In this document: positions 17,792-27,508 of the stretch, piece after piece
Position numbering within the stretch: position 1 is the first letter of the stretch
How the letters are laid out: every line of letters begins with the position of its first letter
Source: Planctomycetales bacterium
GTDB lineage: Bacteria; Planctomycetota; Planctomycetia; Pirellulales; Pirellulaceae
Assembly (NCBI GenBank): GCA_020426925.1
Contig: JAGQPC010000229.1
Span: 1-49,771 of the forward strand
Direction: 5' to 3'
DNA: 49,771 nucleotides
Translations under genes and position numbers: made by a program
The notes under the pieces: model-generated
Databases searched by the model: none
Told to the model about the DNA's origin: nothing
Seen by the model: the letters and a program-made list of their open reading frames with translations, nothing else

Positions 17792-20700
17792 TTGGGACAC
17801 GACGTGCCAGCTTTGGACCTCGAACAAACCCCCGCCCAAGATCAGCCAGCGTCGCGGCAATCTGCCATTCGCCATCAGATTGAGCACGCGGCTCATTTGT
17901 TACCGTCGCAGGGCCCAATTACAGTCTTTGTTCATCACAACACGCTTCACTCGTTTGAGCATCTCGACTTTGACGCTGGTGTCCAAGTTGGTGGTCGAAC
18001 GTTTGGTTGCAACGCTTATCTGACTGAGGAACAATACCGCGAAAAGCTGGATCGAGGCCGCATTCGCGTCGAAGATCTGGAAGCCGTTTTACAGGAAGAC
18101 CTTGGAGATGAGGCCGACCGCCTCGTGTCGATATTCTGTACAAGATATTCTTTGCGGCTTTCCATGCTTCAGTTTTCGATGCACACAGGGTCGACCCATG
18201 AGCTTCGTTGGGTTGTTGCGGAGACGGACGCACTTCGGCGGTTTCGTGAAGAAGTCACATACGGCATTCGAGCAGAAATGCTGTCCGACACTCGCAAGGC
18301 TGTTCTTGAGGGACCAGCGGACACGGCCGAGAAACGTGAAACGCTTGACGAAGTGTTGCAGCAATTTGAAGCGCCGGCTCCACAGAAGTGGACTGACCGC
18401 ACGTGGGAAGCGTTCGTACTGAACTATTTGTGGCGCGTGTGTTGTGATGGAGTTCAAGGGGTCGAAAGGTCGACCGACCCGAAAGCCTCAAGTGAAACGC
18501 CGGTCCGCCATCGTGATGTCATCATCGCAGCTGGCGGTGAAGATCCCGACTTACCAGTGCACGAAACGTTGATCCGATTTTGTGCGGCGTTTCTCGATCA
18601 GGGATTCGCAGATTGGGACTTGCCGGGTCGGGAGCTTGGGTTTTTCAGTGCCTTCCTAAGGCAGCATGCCGATGGCGTGGTGCCAACGCGATGGTTTCGG
18701 GCGCTCCGCCATGAGTGTCGCAGGCTGTTGGACGCAGGCACTAAACCGATGGATTCCATTGAGGAGTCGTTGAGCTTACTGGGCGTCGACGAAAGCGAGC
18801 AGGAAGCGTTCATCACACAGTCGTTGCTGGCGCTGCGTGGCTGGGCAGGAATGGTCTGGCAACTGGAAACGAATGCTGAGTGGGCTCCACACCCCGCGCC
18901 TCGCGATACCTTGATTGAGTTTCTCGCGATTCGGCTTGTGTTGGACCGAATCGCAATTGAGTTAGCAGCACGCGACATACCCAACTTCAACGCTTTGCTC
19001 GCAGAACTTCGCACCAGCTTCAGGCGCGATTACAATGAGCAATCGCTATCTGATCGCCTCGACCTGCGAGCCTTCACCGTATTTCAGCTGGCACAAGTTC
19101 TTGGCTGGAGGCCGCGAAGTCTTGAGAATCTCGCGCCGGAGCAGTGGGCCGTGCTGGTGAAGGAGATCGAGTTGTTTCCCTCGATGGAACGTCGTCGTAT
19201 TTATCATCGAGCCTTTGAAAGAAAGTATCGGAACGAGACACTCGACGCCGTCATCGCTCATAATCATCTGACGCATCCGCAGCCATCGTCGCCACCACTT
19301 TTTCAGGTAATCACTTGTATCGATGATCGCGAAGAATCGTTTCGTCGGCATTTAGAGGAGATTTGCCCCCAGTGTGAGACGTTTGGGGTTGCCGGTTTTT
19401 ATGGTACTGCGATGTATTACCGAGGGCTTGGACACGCACATTTCAAGCCGCTATGTCCTGTGTCGATCAAACCGTCTCACCGCGTGGTCGAAGAGCCGGT
19501 TTACTCACAGGCAGAGCTAGAAAGGCAGAAATCGGCAGCTAGGCGGCGTCTTGGGAAGTTAAGTCATCAGACGCATCGCGGTTCCCGATCTTTTTTTGGC
19601 GGGATTCTAACGGCGCTCGCCGGATCGCTGGCAGTGTTCCCGTTGGTTGGTCGAGTCCTGTTTCCTCGTGCAACATCGAAGATCCGATCATGGTTGGGGC
19701 GGATTGTCGAAACGCCAGCCACTGAATTGCGGATCGAGCAGGTTCCGGACGAAGATCCTGAAGGAATGGGCTTTACGATTGGCGAAATGGCCGACATCGT
19801 TGAAGGAGTGGTTCGTTCATCCGGCCTCGCCGTCCAATACTCTCCATTGGTCTTCGTCTTGGGGCACGGTTCAACGAGCCTGAACAACCCGCACGAGTCC
19901 GCGTATAACTGCGGCGCGTGCGCAGGCAGTCAAGGCGGTCCCAACGCGCGAGCCTTTGCGATGATGGTCAACGATCATCGCGTTCGCCGCATTCTTGCTG
20001 ACCGAGGCCTGAACATTCCAGACTCAACGGTCTTTGTCGGTGGCTACCACGATACCACGAACGAGTCGATCACATTTTCAGACCTTGATAGGCTTCCAGT
20101 TTCACACCGCAATCAATTTGAAAAGGCAATCGACATACTTACCGAGGCGAGAGTGCGAAATGCTCACGAGCGATGCCGTCGATTTGAGTCTGCGCCGCTG
20201 ACGATGTCTGCCGAAGACTCGCTTCGCCATGTTGAGGACCGCCCCGAGGATCTTTCTCAGGCTCGACCGGAATACAATCATGCAACCAATGCGCTTTGCT
20301 TTGTCGGGCACCGCAAATGGAGCCGGGGGCTGTTCCTTGATAGGCGGGCATTTTTGGCCTCATACGATCAGTCGCTTGACGACGAAGATGGAACGATTCT
20401 GGAAACGATTCTCCGGGCAGCTATTCCAGTCTGCGCGGGCATTAGTCTCGAGTACTACTTCTCTACTGTAGACGTCGAAGGGTATGGGTGTGGTTCAAAG
20501 TTGCCACATAACATCACATCGATGTTAGGGGTAATGGCCGGTGCCGCGAGCGATTTGAGACCGGGTTTGTCTCAGCAGATGATCGAAATCCATGAACCGA
20601 TGAGGTTGCTATTTGTCATCGAGACGAGTCTTGCTGCGATGACGCGAATCATCGAAAACAACGAGGCAATCGCTCGGCTCGTGAGAGGTGGATGGGTCCA

Positions 20701-20893
20701 GTTGGCCGTGTTCGATCCGGTCACCCGGCACGTTCATCGCTACGTTCGTGGCGAGTTCGTGCTCTATGCACCGCATGAACGAGACATCCCAACGGTTACA
20801 TCGTCGCTCAGCTGGTACGGCGGACACCGTGAACATCTTGGATTCGCATCCATCGTTCGCCCAGGGAACGAACGCCAAGGAGGCGAAGTATGA
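17792..20893 (+). CDS. dabA: DabA (DUF2309/UPF0753), catalytic subunit of a DAB-type inorganic carbon pump; 5' end uncertain
   Basis: Family-wide motifs are present: [34 protein letters not shown]...[10 protein letters not shown] (CxDxR), [47 protein letters not shown] and PMRLLFVIE. These match what I recall of the Bacillus YbcC / DabA family. The ORF-track TTG at 17693 lies inside the sigma54 promoter. No in-frame ATG precedes the conserved core, so the in-frame candidates are TTG 17792, GTG 17804 and TTG 17813. Confidence 0.9.
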   Translation: MGHDVPALDLEQTPAQDQPASRQSAIRHQIEHAAHLLPSQGPITVFVHHNTLHSFEHLDFDAGVQVGGRTFGCNAYLTEEQYREKLDRGRIRVEDLEAVLQEDLGDEADRLVSIFCTRYSLRLSMLQFSMHTGSTHELRWVVAETDALRRFREEVTYGIRAEMLSDTRKAVLEGPADTAEKRETLDEVLQQFEAPAPQKWTDRTWEAFVLNYLWRVCCDGVQGVERSTDPKASSETPVRHRDVIIAAGGEDPDLPVHETLIRFCAAFLDQGFADWDLPGRELGFFSAFLRQHADGVVPTRWFRALRHECRRLLDAGTKPMDSIEESLSLLGVDESEQEAFITQSLLALRGWAGMVWQLETNAEWAPHPAPRDTLIEFLAIRLVLDRIAIELAARDIPNFNALLAELRTSFRRDYNEQSLSDRLDLRAFTVFQLAQVLGWRPRSLENLAPEQWAVLVKEIELFPSMERRRIYHRAFERKYRNETLDAVIAHNHLTHPQPSSPPLFQVITCIDDREESFRRHLEEICPQCETFGVAGFYGTAMYYRGLGHAHFKPLCPVSIKPSHRVVEEPVYSQAELERQKSAARRRLGKLSHQTHRGSRSFFGGILTALAGSLAVFPLVGRVLFPRATSKIRSWLGRIVETPATELRIEQVPDEDPEGMGFTIGEMADIVEGVVRSSGLAVQYSPLVFVLGHGSTSLNNPHESAYNCGACAGSQGGPNARAFAMMVNDHRVRRILADRGLNIPDSTVFVGGYHDTTNESITFSDLDRLPVSHRNQFEKAIDILTEARVRNAHERCRRFESAPLTMSAEDSLRHVEDRPEDLSQARPEYNHATNALCFVGHRKWSRGLFLDRRAFLASYDQSLDDEDGTILETILRAAIPVCAGISLEYYFSTVDVEGYGCGSKLPHNITSMLGVMAGAASDLRPGLSQQMIEIHEPMRLLFVIETSLAAMTRIIENNEAIARLVRGGWVQLAVFDPVTRHVHRYVRGEFVLYAPHERDIPTVTSSLSWYGGHREHLGFASIVRPGNERQGGEV

Positions 20894-22281
20894 CTTTGGA
20901 TCAGTGGTTTTTTGGATTCGGTTTGGCAGTTGTCCTCAGCCCCGCAGTTCTATTGGCCGCGCTGGGCATGACCCCGCTGGCGGGTCGCAAGGTCAGCGAG
21001 CGCACTTCGGCACACCTGACGGAAGCCACTATTGTTGTTGGATTGGTCTCCGCCCTGGCGATTCTTGTTCTAATGCTCGCAACAGGTCGCAGGCACATTC
21101 CAATTGAACTTGGCAATTGGGTCGTGATTCCAGAGCAACATTTTCATTTCCACCTGAAGTTCGTCTTTGACCGTTTGTCCGTGCCGTTCGCGATCTTGTC
21201 GTTTGTCCTTTGCGGAACGATCGGTGCTTTTACGAGTCGTTATTTACACCGCGAACCGGGCTACAACAGATTCTTTCTTCTGTTCGCGGTCTTCCTTGTG
21301 GGGATGATTGTATCGTCACTCGCGGGCACTATTGAAACTCTTTTCTTCGGCTGGGAATTCGTGGGATTGTCCTCGGCGCTGCTGGTCGCATTTATTCAAG
21401 AACGAGTCAATCCAGTACGAAACGGACAGAGAGTTTGGGCGATCTATCGCGTCGCAGATGCAGCGTTCTTGATCGCCGCGCTTGCGTTGCATCATCTGAC
21501 CGGCGCCGGAGACTTTGAGGGGTTGATGGGGACAGGTGCATGGCCTGACGGACAAGCTACGATTAGCGAATCGCATGCACTTTTTGTTGGGATGCTCTTG
21601 TTGCTGGCGGCTGCAGGGAAATCGGCCCTGGTGCCGTTTTCTGGATGGCTGCCGAGAGCCATGGAAGGGCCTACACCCTCTAGTGCGATTTTCTATGGTG
21701 CATTGTCAGTCCATCTTGGCGCGTTCCTTTTGCTTCGCGTTAGCCCTTTGCTGGAAGTTTCATTGCCACTGTGCATCGCGGTGGTTCTAGTCGGGTTGGT
21801 CTCTGCAATATTTGGTGCGTTGGCGGCACGAGTGCAGACCGACATTAAGAGCGCGCTCGCGTTTGCCTCACTGACTCAAGTCGGAATCATTGTTGCCGAG
21901 ATTGGGTGCGGGCTGCGTTACGTCGCACTCATCCATATCATTGGCCATGCCTGCCTGCGGACATTGCAACTGTTGCGAGCACCCACGCTACTGCACGACT
22001 ACCACGCACTTGAAAACGCGATTGGTGGGCACCTGGAGCACGCTCCTACGATTTGGTCACGACTACTTCCCGACCGTGCTCGAGCGTTGGTGTATCGAGT
22101 AGCAATGGAACGTGGGTTCCTAGATGCCGTCCTGAAGGAATGCTTCGTTCGGCCATTCTTGTTGCTGTTCCGATGGTGTGATGGGATGGAACGCCGCTGG
22201 ACGGATCTGCTGTCCGGCGCTGAATCGTGTGGATCCGACCAGGTCAAACCGCACGTCGATTCATTTGAGGAATTCGTCTGA
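20890..22281 (+). CDS. dabB: DabB, NuoL/NdhF-like proton-conducting membrane subunit (PF00361 type)
   Basis: Motifs [13 protein letters not shown] and [32 protein letters not shown] parallel the NuoL motifs GWEGVGL and KSAQ.PF..WLPDAMEGPTPVSAL. The ATGA overlap with the dabA stop (20890-20893) implies translational coupling. Confidence 0.85.
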   Translation: MTLDQWFFGFGLAVVLSPAVLLAALGMTPLAGRKVSERTSAHLTEATIVVGLVSALAILVLMLATGRRHIPIELGNWVVIPEQHFHFHLKFVFDRLSVPFAILSFVLCGTIGAFTSRYLHREPGYNRFFLLFAVFLVGMIVSSLAGTIETLFFGWEFVGLSSALLVAFIQERVNPVRNGQRVWAIYRVADAAFLIAALALHHLTGAGDFEGLMGTGAWPDGQATISESHALFVGMLLLLAAAGKSALVPFSGWLPRAMEGPTPSSAIFYGALSVHLGAFLLLRVSPLLEVSLPLCIAVVLVGLVSAIFGALAARVQTDIKSALAFASLTQVGIIVAEIGCGLRYVALIHIIGHACLRTLQLLRAPTLLHDYHALENAIGGHLEHAPTIWSRLLPDRARALVYRVAMERGFLDAVLKECFVRPFLLLFRWCDGMERRWTDLLSGAESCGSDQVKPHVDSFEEFV

Positions 22282-23684
22282 TGCCTGAACTTCACTTACC
22301 GTGGATGGAAGTGTCCATCCTGATTCCGCTCCTGGGCGCGATCGTCGTCGCGTGCATCAAAGACTCTGCGAAGGCCAAGATTGTGTGTCTTGTGGCTTGC
22401 AGCCTAACGCTGATATTTGCGGCAGGTGAATGGATCGATTTTGCCGGCCTCGACACCTTTGAAGCTCATGATCATTGGGATGTCTTCCAGGCTGTATTCC
22501 ATCGCGACGTGTTTGTAATCGATGAGCTCAGTGCACCCCTGCTGCCGCTGGCAGCTTTACTTTACCTGACAACTGTCATGACGACGTTGCGGACAAAGGC
22601 AAGCCGGTTCTCGTTTGGCTGGACGCTGTTTTCAGAATCTGTCCTGCTCGCCACGCTCGCCTGCCGACATCCGTGGGTGATCATTATGTTGCTTGCGGTC
22701 GCGGCTGTTCCACCGTGGCTGGAACTTCGTCACAGAAATCAAAACACACGAGTCTTTACCGTCCACATGGGCATCTTTGTGGGGCTTCTTTGTTTGGGGC
22801 AGTTCCTTGCTGGCCGAGGAGCGACGGCTGCAGATCCACCGATCATTGCTGGTTGCCTTCTGACAGCTGGAGCCCTGATTCGAAGCGGAATTTGTCCTCT
22901 CCATTGCTGGATGACGGACTTGTTCGAAAAAGCTACATTCGGCACGTCGTTGCTGTTCGTGACTCCGATGACCGGAGCCTACGCAGTGATGCGTCTGGTC
23001 TTCCCGATCGCGCCTGCTTGGGCGCTGCAAAGCATTGCAATCCTGTCATTGATCACAGCCGTGTACGCTGCTGGGATGGCTCTCGTGCAAACGGAATCGC
23101 GGCGTTTCTTTTGTTATCTGTTCTTGAGTCATAGCTCGCTGGTGCTGGTTGGCCTTGAGCTGGGAACGCCAATCGGGTTGGCCGGCGCACTCTGCGTTTG
23201 GTTGTCCGTAGGAATCTCGCTGCTAGGATTTGGAATCGCGCTTCGCTGTATCGAGGCACGCACGGGACGCCTGACGCTCGACAAATATCACGGCCTTTAT
23301 GAGCACACGCCGTTTCTGGCGAGTATGTTCCTGTTGACCGGACTGGCTTCGATCGGATTTCCTGGGACCATTGGATTCATTGGCGCCGAACTGATCGTGG
23401 AGGGTGCGGTCGAAGTCTACGCGTCCGTTGGGTTGGCCGTCGTCTTAGCTGCGGCTCTTAACGGGATTGCCGTGGTGAAGGCGTATTTCCACGTCTTCAC
23501 GGGAACACGCCATGCGGCGGCTGTGCCGATCCATTCCCGCCTTGGCGAGCGAATTACGATTCTTGTCATGGTCGCGCTGATTGTGGGCGGAGGACTCATT
23601 CCACAGCCCGGCGTTGCATCGCGCTACCATGCCGCGCGTGCAGTGTTGGAACACCGGCACCCGTCGCAGTCGCCGCAACATTGA
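22281..23684 (+). CDS. Second antiporter-like membrane subunit (NuoM/NdhD/MrpD-like, PF00361 type)
   Basis: Polytopic protein with [28 protein letters not shown] and [36 protein letters not shown]. The start overlaps the dabB stop (TGATG at 22279-22283). Confidence 0.75.
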   Translation: MPELHLPWMEVSILIPLLGAIVVACIKDSAKAKIVCLVACSLTLIFAAGEWIDFAGLDTFEAHDHWDVFQAVFHRDVFVIDELSAPLLPLAALLYLTTVMTTLRTKASRFSFGWTLFSESVLLATLACRHPWVIIMLLAVAAVPPWLELRHRNQNTRVFTVHMGIFVGLLCLGQFLAGRGATAADPPIIAGCLLTAGALIRSGICPLHCWMTDLFEKATFGTSLLFVTPMTGAYAVMRLVFPIAPAWALQSIAILSLITAVYAAGMALVQTESRRFFCYLFLSHSSLVLVGLELGTPIGLAGALCVWLSVGISLLGFGIALRCIEARTGRLTLDKYHGLYEHTPFLASMFLLTGLASIGFPGTIGFIGAELIVEGAVEVYASVGLAVVLAAALNGIAVVKAYFHVFTGTRHAAAVPIHSRLGERITILVMVALIVGGGLIPQPGVASRYHAARAVLEHRHPSQSPQH

Positions 23685-23693
23685 AGGAACACC

Positions 23694-24455
23694 ATGCAAC
23701 ATTCTCGACAAGCACGTTGTGGCGACTTTTTGTTTCGTTGGCGGAGCTATTTGCCTATTCTGTTTCTGCCATTCTTCGCGTACAGCTTCCTGACGTTCTC
23801 GTACCTGTGGAACTCGCACACACTGCAGCACGTATGGGCCGCAGGTTGCGTGCTGGTAGCTCTCATTGGTCTGTTGGTTCGAGGCCTAACAGTCGGATTT
23901 GTTTCAGATGGAACCTCGGGCCGCAATACGCGGAAGCAACGAGCTGAAGAACTGAATACTACGGGGATGTATTCGATTTGCCGGAATCCTTTGTATTTAG
24001 GAAATCTGCTGATTTGGGTTGGAGTGTTTTCCTACACCCGAAACGTCTCAATTGTCGTCATTTTTGTCCTGACGTTCTGGCTTTACTACGAGCGAATCAT
24101 TGCCCGAGAGGAAGTCTTTCTATTGGGCAAGTTCAAACGCGAATACCGTGACTGGTGTCGCGAGACGCCTGTCTTTGTGCCAAATCCGTTCTTGTGGAGT
24201 GCGCCCGCGCGGAGGTGGTCAACTCGGATGGTGTTGCGCCGCGAGTACACATCAATACTGGCGATCGGATTGGCGTTCTTTGCCATGGATACGGCGGCGC
24301 ATTTTGGAGTTGAGAAAAAAATCTATGTCGATCTGAGTTGGACGTTGTTCGCGGTGTCGTGTGGTCTCGTGTACATCGTGCTGAGGTTTCTGAAACGACA
24401 CACGAGCGTTTTGAATGCCCCGAATGACTTGCCAGCCGACGCTATGAACGGCTGA
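23694..24455 (+). CDS. Isoprenylcysteine carboxyl methyltransferase (ICMT)/phospholipid methyltransferase-family membrane protein
   Basis: Polytopic protein with the family motif GMYSICRNPLYLGNLLIWVGV ... ERIIAREEVFLLGKFKREYRDW. It starts 9 nt after the upstream stop, with AAGGA ahead of the ATG. Confidence 0.7.
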   Translation: MQHSRQARCGDFLFRWRSYLPILFLPFFAYSFLTFSYLWNSHTLQHVWAAGCVLVALIGLLVRGLTVGFVSDGTSGRNTRKQRAEELNTTGMYSICRNPLYLGNLLIWVGVFSYTRNVSIVVIFVLTFWLYYERIIAREEVFLLGKFKREYRDWCRETPVFVPNPFLWSAPARRWSTRMVLRREYTSILAIGLAFFAMDTAAHFGVEKKIYVDLSWTLFAVSCGLVYIVLRFLKRHTSVLNAPNDLPADAMNG

Positions 24456-24506
24456 CATCTGGAATGGAGATCGCGCCCGAACCGCAATGTTCGGAAGGAA
24501 TATCAA

Positions 24507-26480
24507 ATGAACAAAGAACTTGAAACCGCAATACCACGCGGCGACGCCAGTGGATTCGTGACGTACCTGAAGCAAGATCTCGTGTCGGGACTGCTCGTGT
24601 TTTTGATTGCTTTGCCGCTGTGTCTTGGCATTTCGATCGCTAGCGGCTATCCGCCAATTGCAGGTATTTTCACTGCGATCATCGGGTCGATCCTAACGAC
24701 GTTTATCAGCAACAGCGAACTTACAATTAAAGGTCCAGCCGCCGGCCTGATCGTCATCGCAATCGGCTGCATCAACGATTTCGGTGGTCCTGAAAGTCAT
24801 GACGCTTATCGGGCCGCGTTGGCGGTTGGTGCGGCTGCAGCCGTCCTGCAGATTTTGTTCGGGATATTTCGCGCCGGAATACTCGGCGAGTTTTTTCCGA
24901 CTTCCGCTGTACACGGCATGCTTGCTGCGATCGGTGTCATCATCATGATTAAGCAGGTTCCGGTAGCCTTGGGCGTGACCGCAAAGGGTGAACCGCTGGA
25001 AATGCTGCGTGAGATTCCACATTATGTCATGGAGGCCAATCCGGCGATTGCTTGCGTCGGACTGGTCAGCATCGCGATCATGTTTTTGTGGCCCATGGTC
25101 GGAAAACGCGTTGCGCTGCTGAAGAAAATTCCCGCGCCGCTGGTAGTGCTGCTAGTCGCCGTGCCCCTAGGGTTCGCGTTCGATTTGCTGCATGAGCATT
25201 CCTACACGCTACAGGGGCACAAGTATCAACTAGGCGAGCAATATCTCGTTCGGATGCCTGACCGCATGTTTGGAATGTTCGATGACATTACGTTTCCGGC
25301 ACTCGGGACACTTGCTCAACCAAAGGCGTGGAAGTGGGTCTTGATGTTCTTCATCATCGGGAGTCTTGAATCGCTTCTCAGTGCGAAAGCCGTCGACCTG
25401 CTCGATCCGTGGAAGCGCAAGACCAGCATGGACCGCGATGTTCTTGCTGTCGGCGTTGCCAACTTGTGCGTTGCCAGTGTTGGTGGGCTGCCAATGATTT
25501 CGGAGATTGTCCGATCGAAGGCCAACATCGACAACGGAGCGAGAACTCGCTTCGCCGATATGTGGCATGGGATATTTCTGCTCGCCTGCGTCGCCTTGAT
25601 TCCAATGGTGCTTCACCAAATTCCGTTGGCGGCACTTGCCGCAATGCTTGTGTATACGGGTTATCGGCTCGCTCATCCGACCGAGTTTGTTCACGTCTAC
25701 CGGATCGGCAAGGAGCAGCTGGCAATATTTGTAACGACGCTTGTTGTTGTACTCGCGACGGACCTTTTAATTGGCGTGGCAGCAGGGATCATTCTAAAAA
25801 TGGTGATTCACGTTGCGAACGGCGTTCCTATCAAGTCGCTGTTCAAGCCATACATTGAGGTGCAGGAGGTTGACGCGACGACCAGTTTGATACTGGCGCG
25901 GGAATCGGCTGTCTTTAGCAATTGGATTCCCTTTCGCAGACAGATTGAACAGATTGGGCTCGTTCAAAAACGCAACCTGATCGTCGACGTTTCCAATACA
26001 AAACTCGTCGACCACAGCGTTATGGAAAAGTTCGAGGAAATGGAGCGAGACTTCGAACAAGAGGGATTACGGTTTGAAGTTCGAGGACTCGATTCGCTTC
26101 AGCCTCTTGCTAACGACGCCCACGCAGCCAGGAAGCGAGGGTTGGCCTCGATTCGCCGCCTGATCATTGTCGCCGACAAGGAACTGGAAGATTGGTTAGA
26201 ACGCGAGTTTGTGGCATGCGGTTCGTCGGGATTCACAGTGATGCCCTGTAGCGGGGCTGGGCGACGCGGGATACGAGACGGGCAAATCAACAAGACTCCT
26301 CAAATACGAATTGAAGTCGTCGTTCCATTCGACGTGTGTAATCGCATTCTTGATTTTCTGCGAAGAGACATACTGCCCGATCATAGAGTGACGGCATGTG
26401 TGGAAACTGTCGACGTTGTTCATATTGGCCATTTCACGCCCGAATTGTCGGATGTTGAAGTGGCCTCGGAGCACGTATGA
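24507..26480 (+). CDS. SulP-family anion (candidate bicarbonate) transporter with a STAS domain and an extra C-terminal PII-like domain
   Basis: SulP N-terminal signature [30 protein letters not shown] and about 10 or more TM segments. STAS region [13 protein letters not shown]...[22 protein letters not shown]. The last ~110 aa have a beta-alpha-beta / loop / beta-alpha-beta pattern that aligns to GlnB. Confidence 0.85.
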   Translation: MNKELETAIPRGDASGFVTYLKQDLVSGLLVFLIALPLCLGISIASGYPPIAGIFTAIIGSILTTFISNSELTIKGPAAGLIVIAIGCINDFGGPESHDAYRAALAVGAAAAVLQILFGIFRAGILGEFFPTSAVHGMLAAIGVIIMIKQVPVALGVTAKGEPLEMLREIPHYVMEANPAIACVGLVSIAIMFLWPMVGKRVALLKKIPAPLVVLLVAVPLGFAFDLLHEHSYTLQGHKYQLGEQYLVRMPDRMFGMFDDITFPALGTLAQPKAWKWVLMFFIIGSLESLLSAKAVDLLDPWKRKTSMDRDVLAVGVANLCVASVGGLPMISEIVRSKANIDNGARTRFADMWHGIFLLACVALIPMVLHQIPLAALAAMLVYTGYRLAHPTEFVHVYRIGKEQLAIFVTTLVVVLATDLLIGVAAGIILKMVIHVANGVPIKSLFKPYIEVQEVDATTSLILARESAVFSNWIPFRRQIEQIGLVQKRNLIVDVSNTKLVDHSVMEKFEEMERDFEQEGLRFEVRGLDSLQPLANDAHAARKRGLASIRRLIIVADKELEDWLEREFVACGSSGFTVMPCSGAGRRGIRDGQINKTPQIRIEVVVPFDVCNRILDFLRRDILPDHRVTACVETVDVVHIGHFTPELSDVEVASEHV

Positions 26481-26726
26481 CAAACGATCCCGCGAACTGC
26501 ACACTAGCACCGTCGGTTGGCACCTATGTAACACAGCCGCAAAGCGAGTCAATATATCTGTAGTGCAAGAAAACTTCGCTATTGCAGCTTGAGACAGTGC
26601 GCTAGTCGTCGTCTCAAGATGGATACACACGTCTGTGGCTGGACTATTGACGACGGTATGCAAATGTACTCGGCAATGATTCCGAGCGAGAGCGGTTGCA
26701 GGCAGCCGGCCGGTAATAACTGAAAT

Positions 26727-27371
26727 TCATCCAATTCGGTCGGTGGCTATCCTGTATGCATCAGCGATCTCTTCTGGATCGTTGATCGTGACATTTAGAT
26801 CACGCAGCAAACCGTCTTGGAGTCCGTAAATCCAGCCATGCACCGCAAGAGTTTGAGCTCGTTCCCACGCTTCTTGAACCACCGTCGTATGACAAACGTT
26901 GAGGGCTTGCTCGACAACATTTAGCTCGCACAACCGGTCCAATCGCTCGTCATCGTCACCGATGATGCGGAGCACTCCATCATGCTTTTGCCGAACGTCT
27001 CGAATATGTCGCAGCCAGTTGTCGATCAGGCCCAGATGATGATTTTGGGTGGCAGCTTTGACGCCACCGCAACCGTAATGTCCGCACACAATGATGTGTT
27101 TGACCTTCAGAACGCACACTGCAAATTCAATGACGCTGAGACAATTGAAATCGGTATGAACTACGACGTTCGCGATATTGCGATGTACAAAAACCTCGCC
27201 AGGGATTAGGCCAACAATCTGATTGGCAGGTACTCGGCTGTCTGCGCAACCGATCCAAAGAACTTCAGGCGTCTGCTTTTCGGCGAGCTTCTTAAAAAAG
27301 TCCGGGTCTTCTTGGGTCATGGAGTCGGCCCAACTCCGGTTGTTTTCGATCAGTTGGGGTAAGAAGCGCAT
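26727..27371 (-). CDS. can: Beta-class carbonic anhydrase, E. coli Can-like
   Basis: Colinear with E. coli Can as I recall it: EDPDFFKKLAEKQTPEVLWIGCADSRVPAN (CxDxR), VFVHRNIANVVVHTDFNCLSV, HIIVCGHYGCGGV (HxxC) and LCELNVVEQ. Confidence 0.93.
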   Translation of the reverse strand: MRFLPQLIENNRSWADSMTQEDPDFFKKLAEKQTPEVLWIGCADSRVPANQIVGLIPGEVFVHRNIANVVVHTDFNCLSVIEFAVCVLKVKHIIVCGHYGCGGVKAATQNHHLGLIDNWLRHIRDVRQKHDGVLRIIGDDDERLDRLCELNVVEQALNVCHTTVVQEAWERAQTLAVHGWIYGLQDGLLRDLNVTINDPEEIADAYRIATDRIG

Positions 27372-27508
27372 GGTTAGTCTCCACTGGTCCTATTGGTCCA
27401 AAGCACGTGCTATCGTGGGGATCTTATCACGTAGTCCAGAAGACAGTAACCACAAGTCATCGCTGGTTTGTGTCAACGCGCTGAAGCTGGCCGAAGTGAC
27501 GCGGGTCG

